From Macrostomum lignano (taxonomy: Eukaryota): a stretch of 64,000 bases of DNA. The position numbers were made by a program, and so were the translations under genes. The notes under the pieces were generated by a model, which was not told where the DNA came from, did not search any database, and was given only the letters and a program-made list of their open reading frames with translations. Positions 1-10,939 of this stretch are shown here, one piece after another. The DNA is taken from contig NIVC01000997.1 in NCBI GenBank assembly GCA_002269645.1, positions 124,001 through 188,000 of the forward strand, written 5' to 3'. Each line of letters opens with the position of its first letter. Positions within the stretch are counted from its first letter, which is position 1.

Positions 1-186
1 AGATGTGCCTGCACTCGGGCAGTGTGCAGCTCTTTATCGTGCCGTAGCAGGTGCAAATCTCTGGGATTGTCGGCAAAATGAGCCCGTAGTTTGGCCGAGT
101 TGAGCAGCTCCTGGCGGATTTCGCGGACCCGCGATTCGCGCACGGCCGCGCTGGTCACGGCACGCATGGCGTCCCGGGCTCGGTAG
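1..186 (-). CDS. DDX56: DEAD-box helicase DDX56/Dbp9, C-terminal-domain exon (continues beyond window start)
   Basis: Not in the ORF track. Manual translation after the acceptor gcAG (187-188) gives [54 protein letters not shown], matching the DDX56 YRxRDA..NPRDLxLLRHD motif. Phase 2 joins the preceding exon (CG|C = Arg). Confidence 0.93.
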
Positions 187-211
187 CTGCGAGACAAGTT
201 TTAAGAGACCC

Positions 212-708
212 GATAGATCTGTGACCACGTGGATTAAAACTATGGCTAGATAGTTCTATGATCAGATGGTTCTATGACCGTATGGATTCTATGACTAGAT
301 AGATCTATGATCATGTTGATTAAAACTATGACCAGATAGATCTATGACCATGCGGATTCTATGACCAAATAGATCTATGAGAATGCGGATTCTATGACCA
401 AATAGATCTATGACCATGCGGATTCTATGACCAGATGGATCTATGATCATGTTGATTCAAAAATCAGATTGATCTATGACCATGCGGATTCTATGACCAG
501 ATAGATCTATGAACATGCGGATTCTATGACCAGATAGATCTATGACCATGCGGATTCTATGACCAGATGAATCTATGATCATGTTGATTTAATGATCAGA
601 TAGATCTATGACCATGCGGATACTATGACCAGATAGATCTATGATCATGTTGATTCAAAAATCAGATTGATCTATGACCATGCGGATTCTATGACCAAAT
701 AGATCTAT
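212..708. repeat. Intronic minisatellite, ~33-bp unit (ATAGATCTATGACCATGCGGATTCTATGACCAG), itself a dimer of a CTATGACCA sub-repeat
   Basis: Visible degenerate tandem copies filling DDX56 intron 187-916. Confidence 0.9.
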
Positions 709-916
709 TATCATGTCGGTAGATTGTCAGTAGTGTCGTGTAGATTATCATGTCGGTAGATAAGACTTATAACTATGTGAATCCCATAACCGGGAAGATT
801 CCTAGGTAGATTAAGTAGTGCCCAACCTCGAGATAAATAAACATAGTAGGAAAACCCACAAACTGCTACTGTGAGTACAGTCGAATTAATAAAATATAGA
901 ATAAAACAAAACTCAC

Positions 917-1483
917 CGAAATCCATCCAACTCTTCCATTCGAAATTGAAACGGACGCAATTCCTGACCAACTAGTGCTTCAATTTTAGCCAGCTTGTCC
1001 GAGTCCTGCTCCGAGGCAACAAAGGACAGGGCGGTGCCCTGCTGACCAGCCCGGGAAGTCCTACCAACCCGATGCACGTAGGCCTTAGCGGACGCTGGCA
1101 GCTCGAAGTTGATCACGTTGCTAACTAATTGAAAGTCAACACCGCGCGACACGCCAAACTCTCGGTCGCCTTGCTGACGAACCCGACGCTTTTTCTGCTT
1201 GGAAGATCCGTCTTCCTGCCCGCCGTTGTCTCCCTCGTCGCCAGCTTGCCCATCCGAGAAGCTGCGGTCCGACGCTATCAGAATGTCGTACAAACCTTTG
1301 TTAAACTGTTGCACAACGTGGCACCTGGTTGCTAGGGGCAGTTCCGAGTTAAGTAGAACAGAACGAATAGCAAACTGTTCGAGGAATAGTTTGACCCGGT
1401 AGCCGCGATCCACGGTGTTGACAAATATTAGAGACTTGCCGCGGATCAGGCGCAGCTTGATTAGAGAGTAGAGCAGCACAAAT
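917..1483 (-). CDS. DDX56: DDX56 helicase C-terminal (RecA2) exon
   Basis: FVLLYSLIKLRLIRGKSLIFVN...GVSRGVDF...YVHRVGRTSRAG (motifs IV-VI). Acceptor tgcAG at 1484-1485, donor GTGAGT at 916-911. Confidence 0.95.
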
Positions 1484-1627
1484 CTGCAAACAGTTTCAAG
1501 TTTAACTGGCCGAGGGGTTGTCGCGCGATTCAGAGCCATGATGGCCAACCCCCAAGGCACACAGAGAGTGTACATGCCTGATGATTAGAAAGTCAATGGG
1601 CCGCTGTACACCCTGTGTGAGCGTGTG

Positions 1628-2902
1628 AGATTGCTGAGATGTCAAGGCTTACTGGGGGAATTGCTGAGATGTCAAGGCTTACTGGGGGAATTGCTGAGAT
1701 GTCAAGGCTTACTGGGGGAATTGCTGAGATGTTAAGGCTGATGGGGGGGGGGGAATTGCTGAGATGTCAAGGCTTACTGGGGGAATTGCTGAGATGTCAA
1801 GGCTTACTGGGGGAATTGCTGAGATGTCAAGGCTTACTGGGGGAATTGCTGAGATGTCAAGGCTTACTGGGGGAATTGCTGAGATGTCAAGGCTGATGGG
1901 GGGGAATTGCTGAGATGTCAAGGCTTACTGGGGGAATTGCTGAGATGTTAAGGCTGATGGGGGAATTGCTGAGATGTCAAGGCTTACTGGGGGAATTGCT
2001 GAGATGTCAAGGCTTACTGGGGGAGTTGCTGAGATGTTAAGGCTGATGGGGGAATTGCTGAGATGTCAAGGCTTACTGGGGGAATTGCTGAGATGTCAAG
2101 GCTTACAGGAGGAATTGCTGAGATGTCAAGGCTTACTGGGGGAATTGCTGAGATGTCAAGGCTTACTGGGGGAATTGCTGAGATGTTAAGGCTTACTGGG
2201 GGAATTGCTGAGATGTCAAGGCTTACTGGGGGAATTGCTGAGATGTCAAGGCTTACTGGGGGAATTGCTGAGATGTCAAGGCTTACTGGGGGAATTGCTG
2301 AGATGTTAAGGCTGATGGGGGAATTGCTGAGATGTCAAGGCTTACTGGGGGAATTGCTGAGATGTCAAGGCTTACTGGGGGAATTGCTGAGATGTCAAGG
2401 CTGATGGGGGGAATTGCTGAGATGTCAAGGCTTACTGGGGGAATTGCTGAGATGTTAAGGCTGATGGGGGAATTGCTGAGATGTCAAGGCTTACTGGGGA
2501 ATTGCTGAGATGTCAAGGCTTACTGGGGGAGTTGCTGAGATGTTAAGGCTGATGGGGAATTGCTGAGATGTCAAGGCTTACTGGGGGAATTGCTGAGATG
2601 TCAAGGCTTACAGGAGGAATTGCTGAGATGTCAAGGCTTACTGGGGGAATTGCTGAGATGTCAAGGCTTACTGGGGAATTGCTGAGATGTTAAGGCTTAC
2701 TGGGGGAATTGCTGAGATGTCAAGGCTTACTGGGGAATTGCTGAGATGTCAAGGCTTACTGGGGAATTGCTGAGATGTCAAGGCTTACTGGGGGAATTGC
2801 TGAGATGTTAAGGCTGATGGGGGAATTGCTGAGATGTCAAGGCTTACTGGGGGAATTGCTGAGATGTCAAGGCTTACTGGAGGAATTGCTGAGATGTCAA
2901 GG
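1628..2902. repeat. Intronic minisatellite, 30-bp unit GGGGAATTGCTGAGATGTCAAGGCTTACTG
   Basis: About 42 near-identical copies. Repeat ORFs have a 10-aa period (MSRLTGGIAE). Confidence 0.97.
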
Positions 2903-3404
2903 CCTCCCCTTTGTTGCCTCCCCAACGAGGGGGGGGGGGCGCTGATAGCTAGTAAAAGTCTAAAGTCAGTAAGTACACACCGAATCAATATTCAAGTTCA
3001 AGGTCAAAGTAAAAACGGAAGTCAGAACAGGACTACAAAAAACTACAATTTTCTCGTCTCATATACCCGTAAACGTGAGGATTTACGCGTAAGCGATATG
3101 TATTGCGGAAATTTGAAAAAATCACCAACCTAGAAAAACAGAGCCAGCAAGTACTGAGACCATATTTCTAAAATATTAAAAAAATGTGGAAACGAAACAC
3201 AATACTGCATAAAAACATTTCACTCCGACTATAGTTTCGTCAACCATAATTATCGATCTAGTATTTCACGCCCACACTGACCGTAGAAGAAGTGCAGATT
3301 TTTTTGTGCGGGAACCATATGACAGAAGCCTTTGAGCTCAGTGCCTTGCTTTGATATTTTGAGAGGAACTAAAACAGCAGAGTACTGTTAGTGAGAGTAA
3401 TTTC

Positions 3405-4940
3405 CCACATGCTGAAATCCCATTTTTCCCAACATGCTGAAATCCCATGATCCTTTTCCCATGCTGAAATCCCATGATCCTTTCCACTGCTGAAATCCCA
3501 TGATCCCTATCCACTGCTGAAATCCCATGATCCTTTTCACTGCTGAAATCCCATGGTCCCTTTCCACTGCTGAAATCCCATGATCCTTTTCCAAATGCTG
3601 AAATCCCATGATCCTTTTCCAACATGCTGAAATCCCATGATCCTTTTTCACTGCTGAAATCCCATGGTCCTTTTCCACTGCTGAAATCCCATGATCCCTT
3701 TCCACTGCTGAAATCCCATGATCCCTTTCCACTGCTGAAATCCCATGATCCTTTTCCAAATGTTGAAATCCCATGATCCTTTTCCAAATGTTGAAATCCC
3801 ATGATCCTTTTTCACTGCTGAAATCCCATGGTCCTTTTCCACTGCTGAAATCCCATGATCCCTTTCCACTGCTGAAATCCCATGATCCCTTTCCACTGCT
3901 GAAATCCCATGATCCCTTTCCACTGCTGAAATCCCATGATCTCTTTCAAATGCTGAAATCCCATGATCCCATTCCACTGCTGAAATCCCATGATCCTTTT
4001 CCAAATGTTGAAATCCCATGATCCTTTTTCACTGCTGAAATCCCATGGTCCTTTTCCACTGCTGAAATCCCATGATCCCTTTCCACTGCTGAAATCCCAT
4101 GATCCCTTTCCACTGCTGAAATCCCATGATCCCTTTCCACTGCTGAAATCCCATGATCCCTTTCCACTGCTGAAATCCCATGATCCTTTTCCACTGCTGA
4201 AATCCCATGATCCCTTTCCACTGCTGAAATCCCATGATCCCTTTCCACTGCTGAAATCCCATGATCCCTTTCCACTGCTGAAATCCCGTGATCCCTTTCC
4301 ACTGCTGAAATCCCATGATCCCTTTCCACTGCTGAAATCCCGTGATCCCTTTCCACTGCTGAAATCCCATGATCCCTTTTCACTGCTGAAATCCCATGAT
4401 TCTTTTCTACTGCTGAAATCCCGTGATCCCTTTCCACTGCTGAAATCCCATGATCCTTTTTTACTGCTGAAATCCCATGATCCCTTTCAAATGCTGAAAT
4501 CCCATGATCTCTTTCAAATGCTGAAATCCCATGATCCCTTTCCACTGCTGAAATCCCATGATCCCTTTCCACTGCTGAAATCCCATGATCCCTTTCCATT
4601 GCTGAAATCCCATGATCCTTTTCCACTGCTGAAATCCCATGATCCTTTTCCAAATGCTGAAATCCCATCCTTTTCCCACCTGCTGAAATCCCATGATCCT
4701 TTTCCACCTGCTGAAATCCCATATTTTCACACACTCAAATCTTATCCTTTTCCCCACATGCTGAAATCCCATGATCCTTTTCCCCACATGCTGAAATCCC
4801 ATTCTTTAACAGAGAGAAATGCTATCGTTTTCCCCCACCGAAATCCCATCCATTTCCCAACACTGAAATCCCATCCTTAACTTTAAGCCACAGAAATCCC
4901 ATCCCTACAAACCCGCAAGCCACACAGAAATCCCATCCAG
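3405..4940. repeat. Intronic minisatellite, 27-bp unit CCACTGCTGAAATCCCATGATCCCTTT
   Basis: About 55 copies, 9-aa period (LLKSHDPFP), degenerating at both ends. Confidence 0.97.
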
Positions 4941-4981
4941 CACTAAAAGCAGCAGACATCATAAATCAAGCAATGACCCAC

Positions 4982-5511
4982 CTGTCTTCCTCGGAGCAGC
5001 GCACCGAATACTGCAACAGCTGATCGGGGCCGGGCAGCAAAGCGGATTCGGTCAGCTCCACCCGACTCCAAACGCCAGCTTTAAGCAACGCCTTGCGTAA
5101 TCTTTTAACATCGCCGCTGCCCAGCGTAGCGGACACCAGAATCGCTTGAAACTTGGCCGGCATCAGCTGTCTCAACTGTTTGAAATCCTCCTCGTAGCCA
5201 AAGCTGAACACTAGATCGGCCTCGTCGACAACTACTGTTAGTAGTTTATCGGGTTCCAACGTTAAACTGCCGGCATTGACGTGGGCTAGTAAGCCGCTAG
5301 GAGTGCCAACAACAATGTCGGGCCGTTCAAGCAGCTGAGGCCGAAGCACGTCTGTACTGGCGTGGGCGGAGGCGTCCACGCAGCGGATTAGGCGCGAGCA
5401 GTAAGCTGTTAGTTGGGCAACGGCGCCAGCCGCCTGGGCGCAGAGTTCTTTGGTTGGCGCCAGAATTAGGGCGCGAGTGGCTGCGCGCTCGGCGGAGTCC
5501 TCTGGGAGAGC
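4982..5511 (-). CDS. DDX56: DDX56 RecA1 exon (motifs Ia, Ib, II, III)
   Basis: ALILAPTKEL...VVGTPSG...VVDEADLVFSFGYEED...SATL. Donor GTGGGT at 4981. The only phase-compatible acceptor is aAG at 5512-5513, which has a weak pyrimidine tract, so the 5' boundary is less certain. Confidence 0.9.
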
Positions 5512-5580
5512 CTTCGATTTTTTGGGTAATTAAATTGAGGGTAAAACCTGTGAGCTTTGAGTTGACTTTGATTTTTATAT

Positions 5581-6020
5581 TGGGGGCGGATAGGCTGCAG
5601 GATGGGGGCGGATAGGCTGAAGATTGGGGCGGATAGGCTGTAAGATTGGGGCGGATAGGCTGTAAGATGGAGGCGGATATGCTGTAAGATTGGGGCGGAT
5701 AGGCTGAAGATTGGGGCGGATAGGCTGTAAGATTGGGGCGGATAGGCTGTAAGATTGGGGCGGATAGGCTGTAAGATTTGGGCGGATAGGCTGTAAGATT
5801 GGGGGAAGATAGGCTGTAAGATTGGGGCGTATAGGCTGTAATATAGGGGCGGATAGGCTGTAAAATGGGCGGATAGGCTCTAAAAGGGGGCGGATAGGTT
5901 GTAAGGTAGGGGGTGGATAGGCTGTAAGATAGGGGCGGATAGGATGTAAAAGGGGCGGATAGGCTGTAATATAGGGGCGGATAGGCTGTAAGATGGAGCG
6001 GATCGGCTGTAAGGTTGGAG
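5581..6020. repeat. Intronic minisatellite, 22-bp unit TTGGGGCGGATAGGCTGTAAGA
   Basis: About 20 copies filling DDX56 intron 5512-6084. Confidence 0.95.
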
Positions 6021-6084
6021 CTAGGAAATAGGGGCTATTATTCAAACAGTCACAAGCTCTGTGAAAAAAATGACATGAAATTAC

Positions 6085-6246
6085 CGTTTTAATCTGCAGA
6101 ATCTTCTCCACAATAGGAACAGCGAATGCTCCAGTTTTGCCGCTGCCTGTTCGGGCCCAGGCGAGCACATTTTTACCATCGAGAATGAGGGGAATCACGT
6201 GACGCTGAATCTCTGTTGGCTCGAACCAATTCAGGTCGGAGATGGC
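6085..6246 (-). CDS. DDX56: DDX56 Q-motif and Walker A exon
   Basis: [41 protein letters not shown]. Acceptor tttAG at 6247-6248, donor GTAATT at 6084. 162 nt, phase 0/0. Contains no ATG; the initiating exon was not found. Confidence 0.92.
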
Positions 6247-9200
6247 CTAAACAGGATTGTGAAATTAAATTTGTAAGATTAGAGTAGATACTGTGCAGTG
6301 TACAGGTTCTGCTAACTTGCTTTTAGTGCTAATTTAAACTTTAGATTTTTTAATTTTTTAGGGTTAATTTGAACAAAAATGGGTATATTCTGATTTTTGA
6401 TCAGCTAAGCATGTATTATAACAAATAGCAATTTGACTCTATTTTGACCTTAATTTTTACATTGTTAATGTACATTTTATAAGTATACATGTACATTATA
6501 TACAAATAGAAAAATATTAGCTTTTATATTATAGAATTTAAAATTAAAATTTAAGTTTAAGTTTAAGAAGACAAATTATTTGAAATTATTGTTTGTGCAA
6601 TGGTGATATACATTTGGCAACTTGTAAGATTTGTGACACAAAAAAGTGTAGAGTCACCAATAAGACCCATTTGTCGAATGCTTTTAGAAAAGCCTACAAG
6701 TAAAAGTACAAAGTGAATTTATTTATTTATATCTTTAAATATTTACATTCTTATATAAAAATAAATAAGACACTGTTAAAAAGTGGTAGGTTAAGCTATT
6801 GCTATTATTATTTATTTCAATACTATATTATACTGACTGACTGATAGACAAACTAACCATTGAATTTAATGTCATTAAAATTTATGGCAAATTAGGGAAG
6901 TACGGATATATATAGGCTATAAAAAAAATTAGATGTCTTTATAGATAAAAATATTGAAAAAAATTCTAGTTATGACAAAACTCTAATATGGACTTCTAGT
7001 TTGGTACTCTAATAGCATACATGCCCAACCTTAATTAAACCTAGCCAATGTGACAGTTTTCTACAAAAATGCAACATGCCTATATCTAGAAAGCCTTAAG
7101 TAGGCAATAAAACTTTGCTCTAAATGCAATTTAAAACTTTTCACTTTCTTCAACTATTCAATTTTTTTCTCTTTGGATTTGTTTATTTTTTAATCACTTA
7201 TATAAGTTTTTTTACTTTTATTCCATTTTATGTGTAATATCTATTGTATTTTTAGGACTTTATACTAAGTAGCTCTTTGCATATTTTGGTGCTTAGTAGT
7301 TAATAGCTTTGCAACATACCTGCCTTAGCAAGCTTGTCACCTACCACAACTTTCTTTAAGTGAATTAATGTTTGTTTTTCAATTGATATATTCTTGAAAA
7401 TCTTCTAAAGATAAAAATTAAATATTTTTGTTTAAAATGAGTAGCAATGCTCTATTTGATAATTAATAAATGAGAGATAAGATATAGCATATAAATAAAT
7501 ATTAATAAAAATCAATACAATTTCCAAATATAAGTTTGCACAAACAATGTTTATTGTCAACTATCTTAGCTATAAAACCATTTTGCATGTATCATTTTAA
7601 AGCTAAGATTAATATGAATATGAAAGCAAAAAAGAGTAGTTTTAAAATAGGCATGGTTTAATAAACTATTAAATTTAAAACAATTTTAGCCAAAATGAAA
7701 GCAATGACTAATTAGTATATTACTATGCTTTTTTGGATCAATGTATCTAAAAATAGTTTTAGTTTTAATAGGCCTAAATAAATCAAGGCTCCTTTGATCC
7801 ATAAATATCTACTACAAAGATGGCCAGAACAGGTCAATTTTGTTACAAACTATAGATAATTGTTTTGAAGTAATGTCCGTTTGAATATCTGTTAGAAAAA
7901 ACCTACATATTAACTTTTACTAGTATATAAATATATAATGGGGTTGGATAAAATTCAACTTTCAAGATTTTTGAGAATTAGTATTTTTTATTACAATATG
8001 ATACAAGATTTGATTAAGACAAAGATTTTAGACTTCATTAATTTTGCAACTGGGAAGACTATATGTATACCCAAAAAATTCCATTATTTTTGGTACATAC
8101 TGATATAAAGCAAATATGAAGTTAAGATTTTGCAGAATTATTTTCTATTACTTTGTTAATTTTGAAACTTTATTATTAGATTATAGTGATTTAGATATTT
8201 AATTCATATAATAAGACAAAGCTAAATATAGTCACATAAGTTTTAAGGATACATACATTTTTTAGACAAGGACTAAATCCCTTGGCTTAATAAATATGGA
8301 TAGTAAGCTTCATTACTAACTTGCAAACACTTAAGATAACCTCTCAGGCTGCTACTACCTACCTTCCCTGCCTATGTTGCAAGTGCACATGCACAAGGGG
8401 CCTTTCCTCTGTCTTTTACACTCTAGATCATGTAGTATATTCCCAAAAATTTGGATATGCATTGGCCTTGCATACCAAAAGTAGGCGGGCACCCGGGCAT
8501 AATTAATGTGTATCACTCCTAAGAAAATAGTGTGTTTGTACACCTGGCATGCACTTTATAGAATCATACAGAAGAGTTATTGTGAAGTAGAAAAAAAGAT
8601 AAAAAAGTTTTTTAGCGTGAATTTCAAGCTTTCTAGGTTTTTAAGCTTGTATAAATCATTTAAATATATATTTGCATGTTTCAACTTTCTACTATAATTA
8701 GTATTGTTAAAAAAACAGAAAATTAACCAAATTATTTGCCAAAAGGGTTCATCGTACAATTAAAAAAAGGTTATTTATTGTCACAACTTAAAAAAGTCAT
8801 TTATTATCGGAACACCAGCATAGCTTTGAGAATTGGCATACAGTCAATTTTTTACATGCATTTGTAACTATTCAATTTTTGTTCAGGTATGCACCTAGCA
8901 TGATCCAGACTATGGTGTGTCTTAGACTTAATATATAAATATATATTCATATTTGTATAAATATTAAATAAAAAGTTATACAATATTACTAAGGGCTAAT
9001 TTAAAATCTGCTAGATCTAAGTCTACCTCTAAATTATTCAATTTTATTAGTAATATATCCAACATGGGATCTAAAATTATTAATAGTTAAATTTACAAAG
9101 GTAAGCCTACCTATAGTTCTACCATTTAAATTTTAATTAAATATTGTAAAGTTAGGTATCCAAATGCAGACTTATATTTGTATATAACACTAAATATATA

Positions 9201-10939
9201 ACAGCAACATAATCATAATCTACATGATTAAAAACTTACACTTAGTAATGCAGGGTTTAAACTAAAGCTCTCAAACTCCATCTTTGTATGTCTACTAAAG
9301 CAAGGACAATGTGAAGGATTCAATGACAATATTCAGTGTTAGTTTATTAATTACTACTTTCAGGCTTTGGAAAAAAACAATAAATATAGTTTCTCGCTTT
9401 TTGTTTTACACAGAAAACTTTAAAAAACACTTTTCCTGAATTATTAACTAAACGGTAGGCGAGTTTTACAGGGTCTACCTACAATAGTACAATACAAATG
9501 GTTACCTTTAGGTGTACGTTCGTCGTCGCTTACGCTTAAATTTACTTTATGTCTTGTAAAATATTAGTTTTAAAATTACAATGAAAATTAGCTTTACACA
9601 AACAAACACTTTTGTAAAAAGCTTTTTATTTTATATTTAAAGTGTTATTGTTTAAATTTTTTGTTAAAAAATCCGATATTGCTTTACTAATCGAATAAAT
9701 TAGACCTATGAAACTGCACAATTTTTTAAATATATATTTGGTCAACATTTCGTCGTGCAAAAATGTTTTATATGATAGTTATACATGCAGTAACGTGTAT
9801 TGCCAGAAGTTTTCGTTGCGTATGATTCATTAGCTAAAAGATATTCACTCTTTTTCCTAGCGTAGACGAGCGTATAATGAATTTAGATCTAGATTAGTTT
9901 GGGTAACACGGCTTAGATGTTACCCACAGATCGATCGACATTCATGTCAGATTGTCAGGTCATCTTTGGGTTTTAAGCGCTATCTTTATTCAACTCTAAC
10001 GACTCATTCCTACCACCTGAAGCTGCATTAAAGTACATGCCTGGTGAATGATTTTTTTAATTTTGGAGTCTGACTAATTAATAAGTTGATTGACTGCAAT
10101 TAAGGACAACTAATAGAGCAATTCGTATGTACTTTCAGTAGTCCTTGATTAACTGGGAATTGCATCACTTTCCAATTCACTGCGACCTTCACCTTTAATT
10201 AAATTACCCACTGATCTAGTTGGCCGGCATGGCTAAAAAAACTGAAAAAATTGAGCTATCTAAATCCACACTTCAAACTGAGTCGAAGCACATTGGGTAT
10301 TTTTATAGTAATTTTTCACTGTTGATTTAAAATTCTGTCTCAAACTCTACCCATGATTAAAGCAAATTAGCAAAAGCGCAATTGTGCTTATTTGGAGCCA
10401 AAGTGACAGCTAATGATCATAAATCATCAAACTGTCAAAAAGAGAAGAAAAATGATAGCTAGAAGATCACTTTCCATGCGCCAAAAGTGACAGGTGATCT
10501 CGTCATCGTTATAATTAAAATCAGTCCAAACAACATGCAGGTTGACCTCTCTAGACACAAACAGCTCAAACAGTTCATTTACATGTGATGTACATATGCA
10601 AGCGGCAGCCGATTTAAACCTGAGAAATGGTTGAAGCACTCCCCCGACTATGACTAAATGCACGTACATGTGGTAAATCTGATGAGGAAGTATGCACAAA
10701 TGCGCGAGTTGCCCCGGAAAGAGCTGAGATTGATAGATAATGAAAAATCAGTAGGAAAGAGAGAATGAGGCTGCGTGACCACCCACCCCATTATCCTGTC
10801 TTTCCGTTGCATGGCAGCACGTAATTAAATGTGTCAAGTGTACAATTGATTCAATCGATTACTCGTTTATACGCAAAGCATCGAGAGAGTTTTTAATTGC
10901 ATCCAAACTTTCTGACTAATGCCTTCGTGTGTTCCAAAG

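Noticed and set aside
2912-2925. 14-bp TTGCCTCCCCAACG shared in inverted form with ~17119-17132
   Set aside because: Too short to support a shared element without a genome search.
1639-4880. Long periodic ORFs (for example 3990-4880, 3946-4734, 2063-2404)
   Set aside because: They are translations of stop-free minisatellite units inside DDX56 introns, open on both strands and in several frames.
6300-9850. 3.5-kb very AT-rich block (similar blocks at ~54.2-56.4 kb and ~59-60 kb)
   Set aside because: No ORF, repeat structure or termini could be supported. Noted only as a composition shift.
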